Part shown: in pieces, positions 9,548-18,370 of the stretch | Position numbering within the stretch: the first letter of the stretch is position 1 | How the letters are laid out: every line of letters starts with the position of its first letter | Source: Methanomassiliicoccales archaeon | Lineage (GTDB): Archaea > Thermoplasmatota > Thermoplasmata > GCA-020350865 | Length of the DNA: 44,867 nt | Direction: 5' to 3' | Assembly: GCA_020347705.1 (NCBI GenBank) | Contig: CP070739.1 | Coordinates: 2,739,174-2,784,040, forward strand | Made by a program: the position numbers and the translations under genes | The notes under the pieces: model-generated | Told to the model about the DNA's origin: nothing | The model's input: only the letters and a program-made list of their open reading frames with translations | Databases searched by the model: none

Positions 9548-12175
9548 ATGATATTCGTTGAATCACTGCTCATTTTCGTCATTATTGCCTTAATTTGGAT
9601 GTTAGTAACGTTGGTCATATTTAAGAAACTGAACAAGGCGAGAATTAAAGGAGTAATCTTAATTCTTCTTGCTTTTGTCGCCGTTGCTGCTGTGATTTTC
9701 ATTTTAGGACACTTTCTTGAATGGCATGACACCAATGAGTTCTGCGGAACTTTCTGTCACTCTATGGACGGGCCATATGCCAGTTATACAAAACCTGATA
9801 ACAATACCTTCATGGAGACGCATTACAATCAGAGTGTCCATTGTGCACAATGTCATTCCGGGCCAGGATTGACGGGCCTTGGTAAATCGTTTTTAGTGGT
9901 TCCTAATGAGGGCCTGAAAGAATATATCCTAGGTTATGATGAGAACGATTTCGGTGGTCATGTTCCAGCTGAAAACTGTATAAAAGGCTGTCATCAGGAA
10001 GAAGGAGTGGACTGGAAATTCGAAGCTCCAAAACCCAAGGGTGAAGGATATTCCGAGGTCGATAGAGTCATGGTGTGGGAAAGACGAGAAATCTATCACC
10101 CATTAACAGAAAATGGAACGAATTTACATGAACTAAAAGAGCTGGATACCTGTCTTTCATGCCATGATCCTAGGCATAACAGTTTTGGTTTTACAGCAGA
10201 AGCATGTCCCATCTGCCATGATGTCGATGAAGAAGAACTGGAGCACCATGGTGAATCAACATGTGATATGGCAACTTGCCATAGAAATGAACAGGGTGAA
10301 CCTGTTCAACCCAAACTCACAGGGCACAACACAGTAACTGATCACTGTATGGAATGTCACTCAAGAAATCACCCTGGCGATGCTTTTGTTCCTTATATCA
10401 TCACCAATTCCGAGGGGAAGACCTTGAATATAAACAGCAGTTTCTGCAAAAACTGCCATCACGAAACCTACGAAGAGCTTGCTAATAACGGTTCCAAGCA
10501 TAATACTGATACTGACTGTACTGAATGTCATCTTGCGCACAAAACTCGACCTGACTGCCTCATGTGTCACGATCAGGAAAGCGGTATCGCACCTATTCAT
10601 AACGTTACAGAACCCTTTGATGAATGCGAGAGCTGTCACGAACACGGAGGTCATAATCCCAGGAAGATCAATTTCCAGACCCAGATTGAATCCGAGAACA
10701 GCGAGATAGTCTCAAAAGATTTCTGCAACAGCTGCCATGAAAGCGATATTTATGATACTTTTGTTGATGGCACCCTTCATACAAGAAAGGAGTTCACAGA
10801 GGACTGTCTCTCCTGCCATGATGCCCATGTGGCCGAAGTTGAATGTTCCAAGTGCCATATCTCAGGAGGTTTCGGAGGGTTGGCCGATTCACCGGATCAC
10901 AACATCACACAACCCTTTGATGATTGCATCAATTGCCATACCCATGGGCACACACCGAATAAATTGAATTTCACATCATTTGAAACCGCAAATGATTTCC
11001 TAATTGAGGACGACTTCTGCATTTACTGTCACGAAGGACAGACTGGGCAGCTCCAGAATTACGGGATGGGTCATGAATCCAATAACTGCTCCTCATGTCA
11101 CAAGACACATGATAAAGAGGAGGTAGACTGCCTCTCCTGTCATGGGGTCGATGACATCGCTTTCTTACCTTCCCACGAAACAGAATATCAATATGAGGAA
11201 TGTACAAACTGCCATGTATCAGGCCACGCCCCAAAAAATATTACATTCCCCGAGTCTGGACAGTTCGCTCTTGAAAAAGATTTTTGTGCTGCGGTGTCAT
11301 GTCATGATGGTACCGAAGGCCAGGTCTATCAACTCGAGAATTACGGTGCCTATCATAAAAATTACGACTGTAACTTTTGTCATAACATCCACATCTCTTA
11401 TGAACAGAAATTGACAGTGGATACATGTAACGATTGTCATAGTAAAACGCCCAAGGACCACCTGGGCCCTTACGATAACGATCAGTGTCTGGGATGCCAT
11501 AATTCTGCCCATGATCCCACGAATAGAGCTCTTCATCCAGGCTACAATCTTTCTCAACGAGACTATATGAGCGTATACTTTCAGGTAGACGAAAACTACA
11601 CAGCCAATAACTTTAACTGGACGAAAAGAGGAAATCACCCCGTGAGCGATGATTGCAGTGAATGTCACATAAGTCCCGAGGAGACGAGTTATCCGGCTGC
11701 TGCTTTGGGACTTATGAATGCGAGCGGGACCGACTGCAGTACAAGTTGTCATTCATGGATAGATCCGGTATCCACAGGTGACCCCTTTACGCTTCTCACT
11801 TCTGAGACCAAGTGGGGAAAGCACGCTGACTTGTTCGATAACGAGACTGATGGAGGTTGTGCTGGTTACTGCCATCAATCAGATCCCGAAAGCCCGGTGT
11901 TCGACGGATCAGGACACGGGGATATCGCTTTATGTCTCAATCAGGATTGCCATGGGTGGGGATTCGTTTCCGATAGTGGTGTGATTCATGAGAGGCACAA
12001 AGATTATCTGGGTGATCCAGGTTCGGGAACTGGATGCTGGGAGGTCTGCCATAAAACTGGCGTTTATTATGGGGCTCCGATAAATGGCGGTTGCTACGAT
12101 TGCCATAAAAGCGGACATGATCCCAGGATAATCGATGAATCACCCTGCTTCGAATGCCATGGTAATAACATGTAA
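9548..12175 (+). CDS. Membrane-anchored multiheme c-type cytochrome, 30 heme-binding motifs, NapC/NirT-like N-terminus
   Basis: I prefer ATG 9548 (AGGAGA 7 nt upstream) over the track's TTG at 9524. There are two N-terminal hydrophobic helices. I counted 22 CXXCH, 5 CX3CH and 3 CX4CH motifs. N-x-S/T sequons are numerous. Confidence 0.9.
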   Translation: MIFVESLLIFVIIALIWMLVTLVIFKKLNKARIKGVILILLAFVAVAAVIFILGHFLEWHDTNEFCGTFCHSMDGPYASYTKPDNNTFMETHYNQSVHCAQCHSGPGLTGLGKSFLVVPNEGLKEYILGYDENDFGGHVPAENCIKGCHQEEGVDWKFEAPKPKGEGYSEVDRVMVWERREIYHPLTENGTNLHELKELDTCLSCHDPRHNSFGFTAEACPICHDVDEEELEHHGESTCDMATCHRNEQGEPVQPKLTGHNTVTDHCMECHSRNHPGDAFVPYIITNSEGKTLNINSSFCKNCHHETYEELANNGSKHNTDTDCTECHLAHKTRPDCLMCHDQESGIAPIHNVTEPFDECESCHEHGGHNPRKINFQTQIESENSEIVSKDFCNSCHESDIYDTFVDGTLHTRKEFTEDCLSCHDAHVAEVECSKCHISGGFGGLADSPDHNITQPFDDCINCHTHGHTPNKLNFTSFETANDFLIEDDFCIYCHEGQTGQLQNYGMGHESNNCSSCHKTHDKEEVDCLSCHGVDDIAFLPSHETEYQYEECTNCHVSGHAPKNITFPESGQFALEKDFCAAVSCHDGTEGQVYQLENYGAYHKNYDCNFCHNIHISYEQKLTVDTCNDCHSKTPKDHLGPYDNDQCLGCHNSAHDPTNRALHPGYNLSQRDYMSVYFQVDENYTANNFNWTKRGNHPVSDDCSECHISPEETSYPAAALGLMNASGTDCSTSCHSWIDPVSTGDPFTLLTSETKWGKHADLFDNETDGGCAGYCHQSDPESPVFDGSGHGDIALCLNQDCHGWGFVSDSGVIHERHKDYLGDPGSGTGCWEVCHKTGVYYGAPINGGCYDCHKSGHDPRIIDESPCFECHGNNM

Positions 12176-12196
12176 TGACTATAATGGTGAAATGAA

Positions 12197-13018
12197 ATGA
12201 GATCCCAATCGGAAATAAAAAGATACGGGAAAATCGTGATCTTCGAGCATTGGCTCGGGATTTTGATAATTTTCATTTTAATGATCACCGGGTTATTCTT
12301 GGTAAGAGATTGGTTTATTTCAGAGTTTCAAATTTATGGTGCAGAAAATTATATTCCCACCCCATCATTCGCCCGTTCTTTTCATCTTTTTGCCGCATTT
12401 GGAATCCTTGTTTTGGGCGCAATACATCTGATGGCCCATGGGGGACAGAAGGAAAAGCCAATCCTGCCAAAAAACTCCATGGTAGAGCTAAAGGCGGGAT
12501 TATATTCCCTAATGTACCTTATCTTTTTAACTAAGAAGCAAGAGAGGGGAAGTGGAGAAAAATATCTTAAGAGCCAGAGAATCATCTATGCATTTACCAT
12601 TTACGTATTAGGGCTTGCAGCCATTACCGGATTCTTATATAAAAGCAATTTACTTGGAGAGCAGATGTTAATCGCCCACATAATTGCCGGGGTTCTTGTT
12701 TTACTGGTGGGGATTCATCGTTCCGCTCTTATTATCAGAAAAAGGGACAAGATAGCCTTAAGAAGCATTCTTGTCACGGGCACAATGCCTGAATGGTATA
12801 TAAAGAAGAATCACAGGGCTTGGTACGATGCATTAAAAGGTAGAGGTGTTACAGAACATAAAGAACCAAAAGGGCCAAAGGGCGGGATTAAGGAGCCCAA
12901 GAAAAAAGAACCTGAGAAAGTTGGAAAACCCAAGGAAGAAGGTAAAAAAACTGAGAAAGGAGAAATAGTAACCAATGAAAAACCTGTTCCCAGATCGCCA
13001 AAGCCCTCAGATAGCTGA
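12197..13018 (+). CDS. b-type cytochrome membrane subunit (FdnI / Ni-Fe hydrogenase cytochrome b-like)
   Basis: 273 aa, starting 21 nt after the cytochrome c stop. Four TM helices carry His at positions typical of di-heme b subunits: IFEHWLG in TM1, SFHLF...AIHLMAH in TM2, and IAHIIAG...GIHR in TM4. The C-terminal tail is rich in Lys, Glu and Pro. Confidence 0.65.
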   Translation: MRSQSEIKRYGKIVIFEHWLGILIIFILMITGLFLVRDWFISEFQIYGAENYIPTPSFARSFHLFAAFGILVLGAIHLMAHGGQKEKPILPKNSMVELKAGLYSLMYLIFLTKKQERGSGEKYLKSQRIIYAFTIYVLGLAAITGFLYKSNLLGEQMLIAHIIAGVLVLLVGIHRSALIIRKRDKIALRSILVTGTMPEWYIKKNHRAWYDALKGRGVTEHKEPKGPKGGIKEPKKKEPEKVGKPKEEGKKTEKGEIVTNEKPVPRSPKPSDS

Positions 13019-13076
13019 AGATCATCAACTTTCAATTGTTATTATTAGGGGTTTACCAATATAATGAGTTTTTCCA

Positions 13077-14162
13077 TCACCCACTTCCATGAGGCTGAAC
13101 TTCGAAAACCACGAAGGTGAATATTCCCATGAGGCAGTAGCATAATGCCAAAACTCCAATTGACAGCTTTGGATTTGGGGCCATCTCGGCCCTTTTCATG
13201 GCGAATTTACTCCAGCCAAATAGCTTTTTAAAATATTTGCTTCTCATTATCTGTGCTCTGTTAATATACATTGGAATGAACCACAATAAGAGCACAATGA
13301 AAGATACATTATCTGCGTTCGTCATATCAAATGCTTCGGGATTCCAGATGGCAGGAAAACCTGTCCAGGCCTTGTTCCACCCATAGAACATCCCTGCGAC
13401 CCACATTCCAATTGGCACAGAAGCTAAAAAAAACACGATAAAGGTGACGATCACCAATAAAAAGAGCAAAAGGGGTGGATTAAACAATCGCTCCATAAAG
13501 GAGGTAAAACCTTTTGGACTCTTAGATGTAATCCTCGTAAAAATAAATGCACCTGCGACAAGGCCTGTAATTAGAAACAGAAAGACGGAAGCAACCATTA
13601 AGGCAATATGGACCTTGAAGACAGGGGATTCTAAAACTGCTGCGACATTGGGAGGAGGTCCTCCACCGCCCATACTTTCGGTATAGGTGTAAGTGACATC
13701 CAAGTTCCAGCTGTTACCTGGATCCGCTTCCTCCTGTGTCACCAAACCGATGGGTCCTACTGGGACATTTGTAGGTCCTGCGGACTCGCATGTCGACACC
13801 ACATTCCAGGTGTTGTTCAGCATATCTTCCTCCCAGGAAACTGATATCTTACCGCTCGCACCCTGGTCGCTTTTTAGTTCATGCTCGCCGTCGTCTGTGG
13901 CAAGGCTGAAGGAGTCAGGTTCTGAATCCGAGCCTTCGTCGTCCTCCCATGTTAACTCGAATACGATATTGGTTAAAGAGACCTCTCCGAGGTTAACTTC
14001 CTTTTCCCAGGATGCTCCAACATCGCAATATCCATTGAAGGAAATAGTCTTCGTCTGCTCCTCTCCATCGCCGTGCGGGGGCTGTGCAGTTACACTGAGA
14101 TTCCCAATGGTTATCATTATAGTAATGATGAATATCGTAGCAATTTTGACTTTTTTTACCAT
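13077..14162 (-). CDS. Membrane protein: signal peptide, acidic extracellular domain, 4-TM module with a Trp-rich external loop (function unknown)
   Basis: 361 aa. The N-terminal signal/anchor is MVKKVKIATIFIITIMITIGNLSV. A roughly 150-aa acidic domain follows, then a GGGGPPP linker and four hydrophobic helices. The loop reads GWNKAWTGFPAIWNPEAF. Confidence 0.6.
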   Translation of the reverse strand: MVKKVKIATIFIITIMITIGNLSVTAQPPHGDGEEQTKTISFNGYCDVGASWEKEVNLGEVSLTNIVFELTWEDDEGSDSEPDSFSLATDDGEHELKSDQGASGKISVSWEEDMLNNTWNVVSTCESAGPTNVPVGPIGLVTQEEADPGNSWNLDVTYTYTESMGGGGPPPNVAAVLESPVFKVHIALMVASVFLFLITGLVAGAFIFTRITSKSPKGFTSFMERLFNPPLLLFLLVIVTFIVFFLASVPIGMWVAGMFYGWNKAWTGFPAIWNPEAFDMTNADNVSFIVLLLWFIPMYINRAQIMRSKYFKKLFGWSKFAMKRAEMAPNPKLSIGVLALCYCLMGIFTFVVFEVQPHGSG

Positions 14163-14294
14163 CTTATCATCAGGAATTTGATGTATCCTTTACTATCTTA
14201 TAAATCTTTCATTTAGCGGTTGATTTATTAGAAAACGCAAAATATAAGTAAACAGAGACTATACTTTCTCGGGTTAATAATGGAGGGACAGAAC

Positions 14295-15710
14295 ATGAGT
14301 TCTGATTTGTATAAAAAAATCAAAGACATCGTAGGTGAGGATTATGTTACAGAAAGCGAATTCGAGAGGTTCTTCTACAGTAGAGACGTCTCTCCTATTC
14401 CAACTGAATTACAGGAGAAATGGGGTACGGTTCCGGATATCGTCGCAAGGCCCAAAAACGCACAAGAGGTCTCCAAAATCATGGCCGTGGCCTCTCAAAA
14501 CAAGATCCCAATCATTCCACGGGGCGGCGCTAGCTGGTGGCTAGGAGGGTCTGTACCGTACAAGGGGGGCATCGTCTTAGACTTAACGAGTATGAATAAT
14601 CTGATAGATATGGATGAAAATAACCTTACGATCACCGTCGATTGCGGAGTAACATGGAAGGAAATCGAGGATGTACTGGAAAGGCATTCCTATTTTCTTG
14701 GAACGCGCCCGGGCAGTGCAGCTTCGGCCACCGTAGGAGGATGGATAAGCACTGGAGGAGTAGGGATAGGCTCTTACAAATACGGCTCTGTCGGGGATCT
14801 CGTGAGATCACTTGAAGTAGTGCTTCCCTCGGGTGAAATAATCCAAACCCAAAACAAGGATTTGGCAGGTCATGGCTCAGGATACAATCTGAACAGGCTG
14901 TTTATCGGGAGTGAGGGAACCCTTGGTGTGATAACCAAGGCCACATTAAAAATAATCCCGAGACACGAAGCGGGGCCGTACCATGTTTCGTATGCATTCT
15001 CTGAATTAAGTGGCTGTGCCGAGGCAATAAAGAAGGTGGTTTCAAGCAGGCTGTTGCCACATCATATAGCCTTTGGGGATAAAAGGCATTTTATGTTTCT
15101 TGCGTCCATGGGGAAACCCGTGCCAGACGGGGAGATTGTGCTCTGTATTACACTAGAAGGCGAGAAGGGGATCATCGACTATGGATTGAAGAAATTGGAC
15201 GAGGAATTCACATCGACAGGAGGATGTATGAAATGCTGCGACGGAAAGTCCCACGAAGAATGCGAGGAGTGCACAATTGAATTTAGGGGAAGTAGAATTA
15301 ATGTTTATCCCGTACCAGGTGAGATATTCGTAGGATTGAACAGGTTCGAAGAAGCCCTTTCTAAAATATACGATCTTTTCGACGAGATGGGCCTTCAAGC
15401 TGGAGTTATCGGTAGTATGGTAGATAGAAGAACTACGATGATCATGCCATACTATATCCAGGAGCAAAAGGAGAGCGGAACTTTCATGGAATTCCACAGA
15501 CGGTTGGGTGAGCTTGCTCTTTCGGTTGGTGGAAGAAGGGTTGGTTTGGGATTATTCTTTTCTTCAAGTCTTTCGCATATTCACGATGAGGGAAGCGTTG
15601 CAGTTATGCGTGCGATAAAAAGGTGCATCGATCCTGGCAACATCTTAAATCCTGGAAAGACTGTGGGTGGATTCGACTTATTTGCCAGCTTGAATGACAA
15701 AAAAGGCTAG
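14295..15710 (+). CDS. FAD-linked oxidase, GlcD-like
   Basis: Motifs seen: IIPRGGASWWLGGSVP, GGWISTGGVGIGSYKYG, GSEGTLGVITK. I prefer ATG 14295 (GGAGGG 6 nt upstream) over 14280. A Cys-rich insertion is present (GGCMKCCDGKSHEECEEC). Confidence 0.8.
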   Translation: MSSDLYKKIKDIVGEDYVTESEFERFFYSRDVSPIPTELQEKWGTVPDIVARPKNAQEVSKIMAVASQNKIPIIPRGGASWWLGGSVPYKGGIVLDLTSMNNLIDMDENNLTITVDCGVTWKEIEDVLERHSYFLGTRPGSAASATVGGWISTGGVGIGSYKYGSVGDLVRSLEVVLPSGEIIQTQNKDLAGHGSGYNLNRLFIGSEGTLGVITKATLKIIPRHEAGPYHVSYAFSELSGCAEAIKKVVSSRLLPHHIAFGDKRHFMFLASMGKPVPDGEIVLCITLEGEKGIIDYGLKKLDEEFTSTGGCMKCCDGKSHEECEECTIEFRGSRINVYPVPGEIFVGLNRFEEALSKIYDLFDEMGLQAGVIGSMVDRRTTMIMPYYIQEQKESGTFMEFHRRLGELALSVGGRRVGLGLFFSSSLSHIHDEGSVAVMRAIKRCIDPGNILNPGKTVGGFDLFASLNDKKG

Positions 15711-15719
15711 GGGCAGTAT

Positions 15720-16874
15720 ATGACCAAGATTCCTGATATCGAGGAGGATTTGTTGGCATGTATTCAATGCGGGTACTGCAACGCTGTATGTCCTACCTAT
15801 GAGGAGTTCAAGTGGGAATCCGCATCCCCAAGGGGCAAAATATATTTTCTAAAACGCTTTTATTTTTTAAATATCATCGAGAAGTTCATCAAAAACCATG
15901 AATATAAACAAGGATTTGTGAAAAGCTTGTACATCTGTGCGGGCTGCGGGGCTTGTAACAAGATATGCCCTGTAAGAATAGAACTTTCACACAGGTGGGA
16001 GGAACTGAAAGAGTGGCTTTTCTTTGAGGGGTATGCGCCCATGGAGAATCATAAACCTCTTCTGGAAAGAGTCAGGGGTGTAAAAAATCCGTATAATGAG
16101 CCCATCCCAAATAGAACCAATTGGGTTCCTGAGGATGTGAAACTATCTACCAATCCAGAAATACTGTACTTTGTCGGTTGTACCGAATCGTACCGAAGAC
16201 AAGAGATAGCCTCTGCCACCGCCAGAATATTGCAGAAGGCCGATGTTGAATTTACGATCTTGGGAACTTTCGAGCAATGCTGTGGCTCCCCGCTTCTGAG
16301 GACAGGTCAAACAGATATAGTGAAAGAGGTGCTCATGCCCCAGAATATCGAGAACATGAAGAAGGTTGGAATTGAAACCGTGGTTACCGCCTGCTCGGGT
16401 TGCTTTCAAACCTTAACTAATGATTATCCCAGGGTTCTTGGCCCACTTCCCTTTGAGGTCCTGCATATATCCCAATATATAAAACGCCTATTAGATGAGG
16501 AGAAAATCCAGTTCGAAAAAGAATTTGAAAAAAAGGTTACCTATCATGATCCGTGCCATCTCGGTCGCCATGTCGGAGTTTTTGAAGAGCCGCGAAGATT
16601 GCTTACCGCAGTACCAGGTGTGGAGTTCGTTGAGATGCCGAGAAATCGCATGGGCTCAAGATGCTGCGGTGCAGGGGGAGGTTTCAAAATCGCATTCAAC
16701 GATAAGGCCACAGTCATTGCTTCAAAGAGAGTCAAAGAGGCCGTGGATACAGAAGCTGAGTGCATAATTACAACCTGCCCCTTCTGTAAGACCAACTTAA
16801 CGCACGGGGCAGAGATTATGGAAAATGGGATCCCCACCTATGATTTAATGGAACTTGTATTGAAAGTACTTTGA
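15720..16874 (+). CDS. (Fe-S)-binding oxidoreductase, GlcF/HdrD-like with two CCG domains
   Basis: 384 aa. Motifs seen: CIQCGYCNAVCP, CAGCGACNKICP, QCCGSPL, RCCGAGGGF. Confidence 0.8.
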   Translation: MTKIPDIEEDLLACIQCGYCNAVCPTYEEFKWESASPRGKIYFLKRFYFLNIIEKFIKNHEYKQGFVKSLYICAGCGACNKICPVRIELSHRWEELKEWLFFEGYAPMENHKPLLERVRGVKNPYNEPIPNRTNWVPEDVKLSTNPEILYFVGCTESYRRQEIASATARILQKADVEFTILGTFEQCCGSPLLRTGQTDIVKEVLMPQNIENMKKVGIETVVTACSGCFQTLTNDYPRVLGPLPFEVLHISQYIKRLLDEEKIQFEKEFEKKVTYHDPCHLGRHVGVFEEPRRLLTAVPGVEFVEMPRNRMGSRCCGAGGGFKIAFNDKATVIASKRVKEAVDTEAECIITTCPFCKTNLTHGAEIMENGIPTYDLMELVLKVL

Positions 16875-16978
16875 AAATAACAACAGTCTTTTTCCAAAAA
16901 CATAACACCGTTAAGTTTAAACACGACGATGTCATTCTCGTTGATATATGATTAAAAGACCAATTGGGGGGCTATTAT

Positions 16979-18304
16979 ATGGCTAAAGGTAACGATGATT
17001 TGGATAAAATTATTTCTAAAATCGTTAAGATAGTTGGCGGTTCTAACGCTGAAATCGATCCCAAGGCACCTAATAGAGCTATTGTAAGACCAAGAACTAG
17101 TGATGATGTCTGCAGAATAGTAAAGATCGCATTAAAAGAGGGTGTTCCCATCGTTCCAAATAGACATTTAATATGGGCAGTGGAGGATAAATATAGCGAT
17201 GAACATCTATTGATAAATACCCTTGATATGAATGGAATTTTCAAAATCGATGAAGAGAATTTGGCCGTAACCGTGGGACCAGGAGTTTTATGGAAGGATC
17301 TATATAAAGCACTTTTGAAAAGGGGATATTTAATAGGTGCCTATCCATTTTCTTCGATACCTACCGTTGGGGAATGGGTGGATACAGGCGGTGGGGGCAT
17401 TGGTTCTTACGGCAAAGGTTTTGCAGGGGATCAGGTCAGAACCTTGGAGGTTGTACTCCCTGATGGTAAAGTCATAAACACAGGATTCGAAAAGGTACTT
17501 TCAAACAGCTCAGGTTATAACCTCAATGGATTGTTTATTGGTGCAGAAAGCACCCTGGGAATAATCACCAAAATCACACTTAAGATATTTCCCAAGCCAG
17601 AAGAAACTCGACCTCTGTATTACACATTTTCTGAGCTAAAAGATACCACCGAAGCCCTGCGAGCCCTCACCAAAATAAAGACAACACCCATGAACATATC
17701 GTTCTTCAGCGCAAATCATCTTCAATCTTTGAAGATGTTTCGTAAGGATATTCCAGATCTCAAGGGTGTCGTAATGAATGTAACTTTAACAGGCCTAAGA
17801 TCTGTAGTAGATCACGAGGAGGAAAACATCGATGCGATAATGAAAGGGCACAACGCAATAAAGGTGAGCAGCGATATTGCCAAGGTCCTATGGAGGGAAC
17901 GATTCTTTGAGGTACCATCCACTCGGGCCGGGATTAGACCTGTTTTTTTCGAGGCCTTAATTCCTGCATCCAAGCTCTATGAGATGGCAAACGGTACCTA
18001 CTCCCTCATTGGTAAAATTAAGCAAAAGGCAGCTATCATAGGAATACTTTGTGACAGAAGTACGGTCCTCTTGATACCATATCTATTATCCGAGAAATCA
18101 TCCACCAAAAAATCGAGGATGCCAGCGGTTTTTGCACAAAAGTATGGGGAGTTGGTTGTCAAACACGGGGGAAGACCTATTGGTACGACGATGTCCTTGA
18201 TCTCAGGTATAAAACAGGTCAATGGTGAGGAATTAAACACCATTCTGGATATCAAATCCGCAATAGATCCTCATGACATAATGAATCCTTACAGATTTAT
18301 TTGA
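16979..18304 (+). CDS. FAD-linked-oxidase-like protein with a degenerate FAD motif (GlcE-like)
   Basis: It appears by eye to share domain order and several motif positions with the two GlcD-like proteins (GEWVDTGGGGIGSYGKG, GAESTLGIITK). The PRGGASW segment is replaced by VPNRHLIWAV. I prefer ATG 16979 (GGGGGG upstream) over the TTG at 16964. Confidence 0.65.
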   Translation: MAKGNDDLDKIISKIVKIVGGSNAEIDPKAPNRAIVRPRTSDDVCRIVKIALKEGVPIVPNRHLIWAVEDKYSDEHLLINTLDMNGIFKIDEENLAVTVGPGVLWKDLYKALLKRGYLIGAYPFSSIPTVGEWVDTGGGGIGSYGKGFAGDQVRTLEVVLPDGKVINTGFEKVLSNSSGYNLNGLFIGAESTLGIITKITLKIFPKPEETRPLYYTFSELKDTTEALRALTKIKTTPMNISFFSANHLQSLKMFRKDIPDLKGVVMNVTLTGLRSVVDHEEENIDAIMKGHNAIKVSSDIAKVLWRERFFEVPSTRAGIRPVFFEALIPASKLYEMANGTYSLIGKIKQKAAIIGILCDRSTVLLIPYLLSEKSSTKKSRMPAVFAQKYGELVVKHGGRPIGTTMSLISGIKQVNGEELNTILDIKSAIDPHDIMNPYRFI

Positions 18305-18370
18305 CCGTTCTTCCAAGTATAATTTAGACGGTAATGTAGATAAATATTTATCATACAAGGGTGTATTGAC

